Assembly (NCBI RefSeq): GCF_006345805.1
Contig: NC_043002.1
Location: 32,240,001 to 32,304,000, forward strand
DNA length: 64,000 bases
Direction: 5' to 3'
Source of the DNA: Octopus sinensis
Taxonomy: Eukaryota
Shown in pieces: positions 27,274 to 39,149 of the stretch (positions are counted from its first letter, which is position 1; each line of letters begins with the position of its first letter). The notes under the pieces were generated by a model. That model worked only from the letters and a program-made list of their open reading frames with translations, had not been told where the DNA came from and ran no database searches. The position numbers were made by a program, and so were the translations under genes.

Positions 27274-28084
27274 TTTTCTCCTGGTGAAAGCAGATTTATG
27301 CGGTTAACCTGGATTTCCCGTCCATAAAGGGTTTAACTTTATGGCGTATCATCAGACTCCAAGACATGCTAGCCGATGACCTCTTTAAAATATGTAGGGA
27401 AAGAAATCTGGATCATCTCCATTAGCCAATGGCTATCGACTTCCGGCCGTATTCCCATCGTTCAGCTGCGAGAGTAGACAATAGGAGATTATCTCCCTCT
27501 CCAATTAAGCACCGACATTGCGCGTCCAAGGATATATATTGGTTGTACCAGAAATCATTGAAGAAATGTTTTTCCAGCCATCGATCCTCTTTCAGAGTTC
27601 CAGAAACATCGCTAGCCAGCCACGTTTGGCAACTAAAAGATGACTGAGTTCTACACTCGATCTCATGGAAAATCCTCGAAAACCCAGGCCTCTACACCAA
27701 CGGGACGAAACGCTACATAGCCGAACGCACAAGAATCTTAAGGGACTCACACGATCCAGGGGCTATACTTAACTACAGGACGGATATTTTCGAGTCATGT
27801 TTTCACTTTAGGAGTTTCTGCTGGCCTTTTCGTAACCGCCGGAAGTTGATAGCTAATGGAAGAGGGAGATAACCCCTTATTGTTTACCCTCACAGCTGAA
27901 CGATAGCAGCATGTCTGGAAGTCTATAGCCATAGGCAAAGGGAGATAATACAGATTTTCCCCCAATGTATTTTAAAGAGGTCATAGGCCAACAGGTCTTG
28001 GTGTATGACGATACGCCATAAAGTTAAGCCCTATATGGACGGGAAACCCAGGGTGACGCCATAATCCGGCCTTAACCAGGAAAA
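27274..28084 (+). mobile_element. Penelope-like element 3' end (GIY-YIG C-terminus) flanked by ~230-bp inverted terminal repeats
   Basis: Internal frames YIGCT / KSLKKCFSSHRSSFR..TSLASHVWQLKD*..SISWKILE...YTNGTKR...LNYRTDIFESCFH match the PLE GIY-YIG C-terminus. Arms 27274-27510 and 27850-28084 are diverged reverse complements. Confidence 0.8.
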
Positions 28085-28155
28085 TGTATAGACTGCTTTA
28101 CTTCTTAGAGTGTGTCTCTCCGGATTTAAGTTTCTCTAAAAAGATTATATATATT

Positions 28156-28188
<33 letters not shown>

Positions 28189-28719
28189 GTATGTATATGT
28201 ATATGCAAATAATTAGAAATTTGAGAAGACTACAATTAACAAACACATCGATTGGACAACGTTTATAGCTTATTTTTTAATACAAAGCCTGACATCAGAA
28301 AATAGGTGACGACACCTATTTTCTTATGTCATGTTTTCTATTGAAAATAACCTATAAATTTGGTCCAATCGATGTGCTTGTTAATCTGTGGTTTTCTCTA
28401 TTTTCTAATTATTTGCATTGGATCCTGATAAACTCTTGTTTATCCTGTCATTACCTGCACTCTACTTGTATTGTGTGCCTGCACACCAACGCCCGGGGAT
28501 AATACAGGTAATGGATACAGATAGTATATGCGGATATTTCATCCCTTAGTCGGTTACTATAACCGCTAACTCTGTTTACAGACACACACAGAGACACACA
28601 CATACACATATTTTGATTATCATTCGATATTTTGAAAAATATATGCATTCAATTACAGAGAAATACCTCTCAGCTCATTTAGCCTAGAGCAAAAGCAAAG
28701 TGACAATAACTGGCATTAC

Positions 28720-28864
28720 TGCACTATATCCTCGGTTTTTGCATCAATTCCAACGGTAAGGGCACCGAAGTAACCGGGTATTTTTGCCTTGTGCTCAAGC
28801 AGGTCTCGAATGATAACATATTTGCTCCGGTGTTCATCACACAGTTGGAAATTTTTATCTAAAT
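28720..28864 (-). pseudogene. Decayed partial duplicate of exon 2 (pseudo-exon)
   Basis: About 18 differences over 140 nt versus exon 2, no indels, donor GT kept. The downstream intron flank (ctcatttagcctagag) is also duplicated. The 5' part and original acceptor are lost, and LLAHKTG became LLEHKAK. Confidence 0.8.
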
Positions 28865-29199
28865 TATGTTAAGGCATATCACCAATTAAATTTGTAAATC
28901 CATGATTGCTTTAACCAGCTAATACGGTATGTTTTATACATTGGTATATAAAATACGCATACATTTTACGACTGATAGCTAGAAACAGGTGACCTAATTC
29001 CGTATACCTTTCGCACTGATCAAATACCCTCTTCTCTCTTTCGTTTTTTTTTTTGCGTACTTTTTTCTCTTCTTTTCCTTTGGCAGATGATTTTTGGGCT
29101 CTGGGAGAAGATAGCATGTCAATGGTGGTTCACTCTATTTCATATCAATCAATTGATCGATTGATTCAATTGAACCATTAACGTATATGCATATGTGGA

Positions 29200-29650
29200 C
29201 ACAGGACGTCACGAAACGTGTACGACAAAAAATACGAGATAAGAGTACATGGAATATGAACAATTTTTCGAACATCGAAAGACACAAATGGAAAACAAGA
29301 CAAACAATATAAAGAACGACTATTTATCAGCTGTTGGCTTTTTTCTACTCTCGTATTTCGATCATTTCATAGCAAGATACGCCTTCGATAAAATAGTTAC
29401 TCCCGCAAAGCAAATTAAATATGATTTGGGATTTTGCGGAGGGTTAAAATTGGTAACACAAACAGAACAGTGAAAACAAACAGGAAGGGCTGCTAAGCGT
29501 AAACGGGGTTGTGGTGGCGAACGCGTAAATCAAGCTTGGACAGGAGACAGACAAGAACACGTCTTCCTTGATCTAGCTACAACGGAGAGAAAGAAAGAAA
29601 CACAAGTTAGGCGAAGAAAGAAAGATGGTCAATAGTCACGTGAGAGCCAC
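29200..29650. repeat. Interspersed repeat, possibly Penelope-related
   Basis: Motif ttttctactctcgtatttcg recognised from memory of Octopus repeats; not verifiable inside the window. Confidence 0.3.
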
Positions 29651-29852
29651 GTTGTAAATAAGCAAAAATGCAGATCAACGGGGCTCATATTTTGATGATT
29701 ATCATTTAATGTTGATTAATAAATTAATAATTTTGAAAAATATATACATTGCAATACTGAAAAAGAGCATTTAATCCTTCATTATCATTGTCAAAATACG
29801 ACTCGGCTCATTTAGCCTAGAGGAAAAGTAAACAGATGATAATTGATATTAC

Positions 29853-30026
29853 CGCACTATATCCTCGGTTTTTCCAAAAATTCCAGTGGTAAGGGCACCG
29901 AAGTAACCGGGTATTCCTGTTTTGTGTGCAAGCAGGTCCCGAATATTAACATATTTGCTCCGATGTTCATCACACAGTTGGAAATCTTTACCTAATATCT
30001 CTTGGACTGGTGTGTCCCATGTCAAA
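29853..30026 (-). CDS. Exon 2 of the same beta-lactamase-family gene (174 bp, phase 2-2)
   Basis: Acceptor ttttttcttttcttacag| and donor CG|GTAATA. The phase joins exon 1 in frame (ENDS-LTWDTPVQEIL). Encodes WDTPV...IRDLLAHKTG, the family segment that follows SxxK. Confidence 0.88.
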
Positions 30027-31109
30027 CTGTAAGAAAAGAAAAAAATCATATTTACATCACTCTAATAGCCATATTATTATATTATCATAAATTGCAACTG
30101 TACTTCATTATAATTCAAGGAAACGAATGATGTTTTATATCTATAAGTGTTTTATTTGACGCCGGTTAACAAAATGGATAGGTTCCGAAACATTTAGATG
30201 CCAAGTGAGTTAGTTTGAGTTAAGTATTCCAGATTTCCCTAAAGCGGAACAACTAGGGTCGATTCATTCTATTTGTGTGTCTGATGAAGACATACATTTA
30301 TAACAGCGGTTATATGCTGAATTGCTGTGCATTGTTACAAATAATTCAGAGGATTGTGCTTTATGTGTTGAAGAGGAAAAACAAGGGCAACGATCCTGAT
30401 GTTTGACTGCCATAGGCAGAGGAACGAGAAAGAGAGAAAGTGAGGGAGGAGAGAGAGGGAGAGAGAGTGATGGGGAGAAGAGAAACCAGCCTGTTGCAAA
30501 ACTGAAAGTAGACTTGGATGATATAATCCTAGATACATAATAAATTTTAACTCTGCATCGAACGTCTAGATTATTTTGGCCAGATCCTCTCACGTTTTAA
30601 TGTGAACGAGTATAAAAGAGACATACCCCGCTGGATAGAACCCCATTCTCCCACGAAGGTACCACCCGGCTTAGTACTAATTTCAAACAAATACAGTGGG
30701 ATAATATGAATTAAAATGCCTTATTGAAGAGAATGAACAGCTTGGTGAGAGGAAACGAACCTATAGCTTTTCGATGATGTAACAGACCTGCAGTGATACA
30801 CAGTGTATCTCACTGTATGCATAAAAAGGAATGTTTTATCAACTTACTACTGAACATAAGTCGAAACAAATTGTTGGCTTCATATGTCATTTTGAAGAGT
30901 TGCTGTTATCTTATATCTTTTTTATAGTATATTATATTATAACGTAAATAAATTATCTCTCTATTTATTTTAATATTATACACACACACACATAAGTATA
31001 TCATACTAAAACTCAAAGTTTGTCTGTTTTCCTACATTCCTTTTTTAAGATGATAAACATTACAAATAAAGTGGTCATGTTCCCCTTTAAAGAAAAAAAA
31101 ATCAAGTAT

Positions 31110-31350
<241 letters not shown>

Positions 31351-31624
31351 AGATGGAATCTGTTTGTTCGCTGAAACGTCCGACCTATTTCTTTGTTGCT
31401 TCTAGTCGTATCTTTTCTGTACTCTGTCATTCACCAGCGGCAATACTGGAGCAATGCTTTGAAGGTCATTTTGTCAATTATATTGAAAGCAGCTTTTATA
31501 TGTCTGGCAATGGGTTATCTTTGCTTGTCCAATCTCAATATTGCGTGTTTTATATGAAGTACCACAAAACGACACCAGTTTACACTAGCAGGCATACTCA
31601 GACACATATATCATACGCATGCAA

Positions 31625-31920
31625 AGCGGCGAGCTGGCAGAACCGTTAGCACGCCGGACGAAATGAGTAGCCGTATTTCGTCTGCCGTTACGTTCTGAGT
31701 TCAAATTCCGCCGAGGTCGACTTTGCCTTTCATCCTTTCGGGGTCGATAAATTAAGTACCAGCTACGCACTGGGATCGATACAATCGACTTAATCCGTGT
31801 GTCTGTCCTTGTTTGTCTCCTCTACGTTTAGCCCCTTGTGGGCAATATAGAAATAAGAAATTCTAAACAAGTATTAATGTTTGTCCCCTCTATGTTTAGC
31901 CCCTTGTGGGTAATAAACAA
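31625..31920 (+). mobile_element. SINE family A (long tail), with the tail end locally duplicated
   Basis: GCGGCGAGCTGGCAGAACCGTTAGC...GAGTTCAAATTCC; gtttagccccttgtggg occurs twice. Confidence 0.9.
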
Positions 31921-32635
31921 ACATATATCATATGCATGCACGCACCGATACACACAGGTCTGTGTGTACACATATATGTGTGTGTGTATATATACATATA
32001 TATATTTATACATACATGTATGCGCATAGGCACACACTTACACATACTCACATTCACTCTCACACAAACACACAGACATAGGCACACATTTATGTAGTAT
32101 GGCATTCCACATATTATCAGCATACGAAATTCTTTTCCAGAGCATTGGGCAACTTAAGGTTAAGTATATGACCCTTGCCCACATTGCAGGACAGCGATAA
32201 CGAGGCTCTTCGGTTTAGAAGAGAATTTCTCATTTACACAACTATTTATGCACTATTCTTTTAACGTTCTAAGTTCAAATCCCACTGACGATCACCTTAT
32301 TGCTGGCCTTCCCCTTAAGACAGAAACAAAATTTGTTCTGACTCTTCAGCGAAGATTAAATTAACATTATTTCTGCGCGGATGTGTGTCTGTGAACGAAG
32401 TGTGAGATAGAAAAAGCGTTAACATGCCAGACCAAATTCTTAGCGGCATTTCGTCTATCTTTTTGTTCCGAGCTGAAATTCTGCTGAGATCTACATTACC
32501 CTCCATACTTCCGGAAGCGATAAGATAATTACCATTCAAAATACTGTACTGGAGTCGATGTAATTGACTTCCCCCACCCCACCAAAAACTGATAGCCCTG
32601 AGCTAAAAATTTGTAATCATTATTTTGTGTGTGTG

Positions 32636-32671
<36 letters not shown>

Positions 32672-32687
32672 GTGTGTGTGTGTGTAT

Positions 32688-32729
<42 letters not shown>

Positions 32730-33550
32730 TGTAAGTGTAAGCACAATGATCTGGAAAAATCTTAAGGTAGGCGAAAAAATTGGCTGGCGTCATTGAGTTT
32801 CAGCAATTTGTATTTTGAGTTCAAAACCTGCCAAACTTCCCGAATCGATGATATAGTGAATCAGTCAAGTTCTGGGAGTGATTGAATTGGTTTCTTCTTC
32901 CAGTCAATGTTAAGGCGCAGTAAGTTTTATTACGGACAACAATTGTAGCAGAAGTACTTCACTAGTAGTGAGTAAAGATAATATTCTGTTTTCTGCCTCA
33001 ATCAGTGTCTAGTATGACAGTCGTCCTAATGTAATATAAACCGTTTAGAGTTAAGTTCATTCACACGCATAGCTGCCCTTTATAACATTTACATATTTCG
33101 TGTAGTCTTTTCGGATTCATTAATGTCCTACGAATTTCATTCCAAACACTTTATTAAATCATGGATTAATCTCATTCTGTTTTTCACAACAGAGATAGTT
33201 ATATCTTTCACTGTATGTGATACCACGAACTTGTTACGCTTCAACCAAACCATAAATAGTTTGAATGAAACCTGGATAGAAGAAGAGTGCTTACTCGGAA
33301 CGTAAAAGAGTTTTGCTTTTCTTCCTACTTCTTCTTATTTTCTGAGCGGAAACGTAGTATAATATCTTCCCTTCCTCTTCATATCATGGCTTTTGCACAT
33401 CACACACACACACACATCTGTATGTGTGTGTGTGTGTGAGTTTGCGTGTATGTATGTACGTATGAATATGTATATGTGTATATATATATATATGAACGCA
33501 TGAATATATATGTGTATGTGTGCGTGTGTGTGTGTGTGCGTGCGTGTGCA

Positions 33551-33750
33551 CTATGATAGGTCGGTAGCCACTACACACAGTTTTTTCTCTCCTTGTTTGT
33601 CTCCTAGTTTCTTTCTATGTTCCTTTCTGTGGAAGAGCGTAGGCTCGAAACGTAAAAGACTTTTTCAATTCCCGAGCGTTATACTAATACATCCGTTTGT
33701 TTTCTACACGACCTGTCTTCGTCTTTTCTTTTTCGTGAATTCGCCCTATA
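33551..33750 (+). mobile_element. Monomer of the repeat family that forms the 12546-12950 fold-back
   Basis: Shares cctttctgt(t/g)gaagagcgtaggctcgaaacgtaaaagac...cgagcgt...gtcttcgtcttt. Confidence 0.75.
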
Positions 33751-33894
33751 TATATATATATATATATGTATATTTAAAGGCCCTTTAAATATACACATGT
33801 ATTAGAATTTTCTCTGATTTTTCAGATTTTTGTATGCTAGGCTACTGGTTTTAAATTGATATTAATTAAGTTAATATTCAATTTATCTCCCTCA

Positions 33895-33933
33895 TTATTT
33901 AATATATATATATATAGAAAGAGAGAGAGAGAA

Positions 33934-33964
<31 letters not shown>

Positions 33965-34001
33965 AGATAGATATAGATAGATAGATATAGATAGATAGAT
34001 A

Positions 34002-34059
<58 letters not shown>

Positions 34060-34642
34060 TAGATAGATAGATAGATAGATAGATAGATGATAGGTGTGTT
34101 TAGATATGTTTGCGTATGTTAGCATGTGTTTGGATACCGCTTTTGTATATAATCATATTGGTGACGCGTGTGAAAGTTTCTCGTGTTGGACTCTGTTTCT
34201 AAGCTAGGATATGTTTGTATTTATATGTTTGTGTGATTCATTATATGTGCATATTGTAGCCTAAACACGCATGTTGATATTTTTGTGTGGGTGTCGGACA
34301 TTATATGGCTATTTGCATCTGAAGTAACTGCGTGTGTTCGGTGAAAGATTCCTAGCAATGTTCATTAATTCATAAAATCGATGACTGCCGAAATAGATTT
34401 CATGAATGGCAGTACGGTTGGATATGAATGGCATGTTTTCAACAGGTAATTTGATAAAGAAAGAAGAGCATTGCGCTGATTGTGTTAACAGACCGCCCAG
34501 CAAATGTTTCCCTCACTACTTTCTTTAGCAATGCTTTCTCTCTCACACACAGAGGCACAGATAAGTTTATATATATATATATATAATATATATATATATA
34601 TATAGAAGAGAGAGAGAGAAAGATAGATAGATAGGTAGATAG

Positions 34643-34702
<60 letters not shown>

Positions 34703-35180
34703 GATAGGTGTGTTTAGATATGTTTGCGTATGTTAGCATGTGTTTGGATACCGCTTTTGTATATAATCATATTGGTGACGCGTGTGAAAGTTTCTCGTGT
34801 TGGACTCTGTTTCTAAGCTAGGATATGTTTGTATTTATATGTTTGTGTGATTCATTATATGTGCATATTGTAGCCTAAACACGCATGTTGATATTTTTGT
34901 GTGGGTGTCGGACATTATATGGCTATTTGCATCTGAAGTAACTGCGTGTGTTCGGTGAAAGATTCCTAGCAATGTTCATTAATTCATAAAATCGATGACT
35001 GCCGAAATAGATTTCATGAATGGCAGTACGGTTGGATATGAATGGCATGTTTTCAACAGGTAATTTGATAAAGAAAGAAGAGCATTGCGCTGATTGTGTT
35101 AACAGACCGCCCAGCAAATGTTTCCCTCACTACTTTCTTTAGCAATGCTTTCTCTCTCACACACAGAGGCACAGATAAGT
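33895..35180. repeat. Tandem duplication, period 614 bp (a ~475-bp block plus a (TA)/(GATA)n spacer)
   Basis: Identical ORFs at 34309-34503 and 34923-35117; both blocks start gatgataggtgtgtttagatatg. Confidence 0.92.
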
Positions 35181-35181
35181 T

Positions 35182-35232
<51 letters not shown>

Positions 35233-35405
35233 TGTGTGTGTGTGTGTGTCTGAGTGTCTGTGTGTGTGTGTCTGTGTGTGTAAACACACATAAGCACAAC
35301 GTAAATATATATATACATATATATATATGTATGTGCATATATGTATGTAATATATATATATATATATATAGGGAGAGAGAGAGAGAGAGTTAGACGGATA
35401 GATAG

Positions 35406-35437
<32 letters not shown>

Positions 35438-35488
35438 AGATAGATAGATAGATATAGATAGATAGATAGTAGATAGATAGATAGATAG

Positions 35489-35575
<87 letters not shown>

Positions 35576-37080
35576 CAAGCAGATATAAAGTTGCCTAGCC
35601 GTCTCTTGCATCCAAGTATAATCAAACAGTTCGTACCGTATATTCGGTAATTGTTTTTGTTCCGATGTTCAAAAGAATTCTCAATCTCCCCTTGAAACAA
35701 TACAAAAGTCTGGTTGGGAAGCTGTGTAACAGATCCCCAAGCTTATGGTCGTGTATAAAAACTACACATATAGAATTTGTAGTTCCTCGAATAAAGAACC
35801 ACAAATATCCTTCTCACCTTCCGTTTTAACTCGTACCAGGAAACCTACGCTTAAATTCTCGAAGCAAAACCCAAAGCCTCATATACAAATAACTTCGTCG
35901 TCAGTCTCAGAATTATCCAGTGATCGATGCAAAAGTACATGAATCAAATATATAGCACCTAGAAATATTGTTTAAAATCATGATATTAAAAATTTCTACC
36001 ATCTGATTTTTGCTAATAACGTCTGAGAACAGCACGCGCATCCAAAGAACGTACTCAACGACATAAACTATTGCATACTCAGAATAAACATCCACCGCAT
36101 ACAGAAAGGATATGGCAAAGAAGGCAAAACATGGCACAGACACATTTAGAGCAGCCAGTTCTATGTTAGCAACAGAGAAACTACGTCGGTTATGGTGCTA
36201 TCATGCTCACTTCCTTTGATATAGAAATTACCAGAAACATAAACACAAAGTTTGGGCTATTTTGGTATGTATTTCGATTCTAACAGGAACTAATCATCGT
36301 TTCTGAAATGTATTTTTACAAAGTGTAGGATATTTATTTTAATATACCATAGCGGCGGTGCATCAGCATGGCCGCAGCTCTGAGCTGAAACTAGAGAAAA
36401 AAAAATAACTGTATAACATAAACTCCATACTTAATCCATACTAAATTATGCTAACTTTGTCGTCCTGTAACCAACCAGCAAGACACAGAAAACTATAATG
36501 AACTGTATAAAACACGAAGCCATCGTATAGAACAGATTTATTGACAACATACACTCGAAAACAAAATAGTAAAGTGGAAAGACAATGTTGGAACATAAGG
36601 TGCACAGTTTCTGGTGCAGAAAACTTTCGCTCTTACCGCCCCATTGTGCTTGATGAAAAAAATGTTAATGAAGATGAAACACGATACACAAACAAATGTA
36701 GAACATCCGAGAACACTTCTACACATGAATCTCCCTTAAATCGCTTCTCATTTTATTGTATTGTGAACACTTGAAGATGCGGTCTAAAATTTCCTATATA
36801 TATCAGGAAAAGGCAATACGCTTTTGATATATATTATATATATATATATATATATAAATAGAAATATTAAAATTACTAAGTCTCTCTAAAAGAGATCACG
36901 GCAGCGTTCCTGGAAAATAATAGTTATCGCCATACTAATATGGCATTCTTATAAAAATAAGAATAAAGCTGTCCGCTTATTAGCTCCATGAGGCCATCGC
37001 CTTAAGTTAGCTATTTGATACACAAACTGTATCCATATAACCTTCGAAAAAGGGAGGTCAGTCGCTCCACACTACTTGAC

Positions 37081-37134
37081 GACAGCTACAGACGCGTTTC
37101 GGGGTATTGCCCCTTTTCAATGTAGCGTAGTCAG
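37081..37134 (-). ncRNA. Type I hammerhead ribozyme motif (U3-A8 variant, minimal stem III)
   Basis: Reverse complement reads GCUACA-UUGAAAA-GGGG CAAUA CCCC-GAAAC-GC-GUC/UGUAGC. Confidence 0.8.
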
Positions 37135-37502
37135 ACCAGTAGGTGTCGCTTCTGACAATCTCTGTTCGAAGTTTTATTTACCTAGTTTCAGTGGAATACA
37201 TCCACTTGTTTTCAATAATAGAAATATTAAAATTACTAAGTCTCTCTAAAAGAGATCACGGCAGCGTTCTTGGAAAAAAATAGTTATCGCCATACTAATA
37301 AGCGGACAGCTTTATTCTTATTTTTATAAGAATGCCATATTAGTATGGCGATAACTATTATTTTCCAGGAACGCTGCCGTGATCTCTTTTAGAGAGACTT
37401 AGTAATTTAATATTTCTATTATTGAAAACAAGTGATGTATTCCACTGAAACTAGGTAAATAAAACCTTCGAACAGAGATTGTCAGAAGCGACACCTACTG
37501 GT

Positions 37503-37558
37503 CTGACTACGCTACATTGAAAAGGGGCAATACCCCGAAACGCGTCTGTAGCTGTCGG
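37503..37558 (+). ncRNA. Type I hammerhead ribozyme motif (U3-A8 variant)
   Basis: Stem I GCUACA 37511-16 / UGUAGC 37547-52, extended by CUGAC/GUCGG beyond an internal loop. Core UUGAAAA 37517-23, stem II GGGG/CCCC, GAAAC 37537-41, predicted cleavage after GUC at 37546. Confidence 0.82.
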
Positions 37559-37858
37559 TCAAGTAGTGTGGAGCGAACTGACCTCCCTTGTTCGAAGGTT
37601 ATATGGATACAGTTTGTGTATCAAATAGCTAACTTAAGGCGATGGCCTCATGGAGCTAATAAGCGGACAGCTTTATTCTTATTTTTATAAGAAGCCATAT
37701 AGTATGGCGATAACTATTATTTCCAGGAACGCTGCCGTGATTCTTTTAGAGAGACTTAGTAATTTAATATTTCTATTATGAAAACAAGTGGATGTATTCC
37801 ACTGACACTAGGTAATAAAACCTTCGAACAGAGATTGTCAGAAGCGACACCTACTGGT

Positions 37859-37914
37859 CTGACTACGCTACATTGAAAAGGGGCAATACCCCGAAACGCG
37901 TCTGTAGCTGTCGG
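37859..37914 (+). ncRNA. Type I hammerhead ribozyme motif (U3-A8 variant)
   Basis: Same core as the previous copy; predicted cleavage after 37902. Confidence 0.82.
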
Positions 37915-38219
37915 TCAAGTACTGTGGAGCGACTGACCTCCCTTGTTCGAAGGTTATATGGATACAGTTTGTGTATCAAATAGATAACTTAAGGCGATGG
38001 CCTCATGGGGCTAATAAGCGGACAGCTTTATTCTTATTTTTATAAGAATGCCATATTAGTATGTCGATAACTATTATTTTCCAGGAACGCTGCCGTGATC
38101 TCTTTTAGAGAGACTTAGTAATTTAATATTTCTATTATTGAAAACAAGTGGATGTATTCCACTGAAACTAGGTAAATAAAACCTTCAAACAGAGATTGTC
38201 AGAAGCGACACCTACTGGT

Positions 38220-38274
38220 CTGACTACGCTACATTGAAAAGGGGCAATACCCCGAAACGCTCTGTAGCTGTCGG
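38220..38274 (+). ncRNA. Hammerhead motif copy lacking the G of the GUC triplet (defective, or a sequencing error)
   Basis: Reads GAAACGC-TC-TGTAG at 38254-38267 instead of GAAACGC-GTC-TGTAG. Confidence 0.6.
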
Positions 38275-38519
38275 TCAAGTAGTGTGGAGCGACTGACCTC
38301 CCTTGTTCGAAGGTTATATGGATACAGTTTGTGTATCAAATAGCTAACTTAAGGCGATGGCCTCATGGAGCTAATAAGCGGACAGCTTTATTCTTATTTT
38401 TATAAGAATGCCATTAGTATGGCGATAACTATAAATATATATATATATATCTATATATTATATATATATTATATATATATATATATATAGATCATCTGTC
38501 TCTCTGCCTGTCTGTTAAC

Positions 38520-38550
<31 letters not shown>

Positions 38551-38799
38551 CTATCTATCTATCTATCTATCTCTCTCAAATAACTTGAAGCACTGATTTT
38601 AACGCGCCATCTCCCTACATCCTTTCTGTTGTCATTACAAATAATTCAGTGCAACATGAACGTAGAGTCGCACAAGAAGGCCAGTAGTTGAACTTATTTG
38701 TTAAAGACTGTTTGACACACAAGCCATGAGATCTTTGTAGTGAAAAGTGCTCAGAAGCCACAACAGCAATACTTTGGACCAAAAGTAGCAGCAACCCCC

Positions 38800-39050
38800 C
38801 AAATCACGTAGTGCATGATCTGGTTTTTGATGTGAGCAACGATACCTCGTTTCACATGCATATCACCAAAATGGTGGCAGTGTTCAGGCGAATGGCCGGA
38901 TAGATTCTGAGAACCTTCAGAACAAGGGACCAGGAATCTATGCTGGTTCTATGGAGGAAATTTTTACTTAGCCGTTGAACCACAGCTCTCAATTGTGGCC
39001 ACTCTACAGTGTCAAATTAATAGCGGAACTTGGAGCAGTTCAGCGTGCGT
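38800..39050 (+). mobile_element. CR1/Jockey-group LINE RT C-terminal fragment
   Basis: VHDLVFDVSNDTSFHMHITKMVAVFRRMAG*ILRTFRTRDQESMLVLWRKFLLSR. Confidence 0.7.
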
Positions 39051-39149
39051 AGTGAGAGAGCTAGCAGTGACCTTCACGAGACAGTGTGCCGGGTGACATC
39101 GCAGTGCTTACTTCGTAAGTTGGAAACTTTGTGTTGATGCGATATTCTG

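Larger units (their letters stand above)
36857..38432. mobile_element. ~360-bp tandem/inverted array with hammerhead ribozymes (retrozyme-like or Penelope terminal-repeat array), inserted in (TA)n
   Basis: About 1.2 units in minus orientation (36857-37300, period 360), then about 3.2 units in plus orientation (starts at 37295, 37656, 38011, 38371). No coding similarity seen. (TA)n on both sides. Confidence 0.9.

Noticed and set aside
28720-28864. Mutually exclusive alternative exon 2
   Set aside because: The original acceptor and first ~30 nt are lost, there is an in-frame TAA upstream, the only nearby AG shifts the frame, and the conserved HxTG motif is destroyed.
29340-29400. Possible fourth hammerhead relic on the minus strand (..GAAGGCGTAT...CGAAATACGAGAGTAG)
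   Set aside because: The core and stem II are too degenerate to support from a single copy.
38254-38267. Biological inactivation of the third plus-strand hammerhead
   Set aside because: A single-base deletion in a region with many 1-bp indels between copies cannot be told apart from long-read consensus error.
36857-38432. CRISPR array or simple satellite
   Set aside because: The units are ~360 bp with no unique spacers and the context is eukaryotic; the hammerhead and the inversion explain it better.
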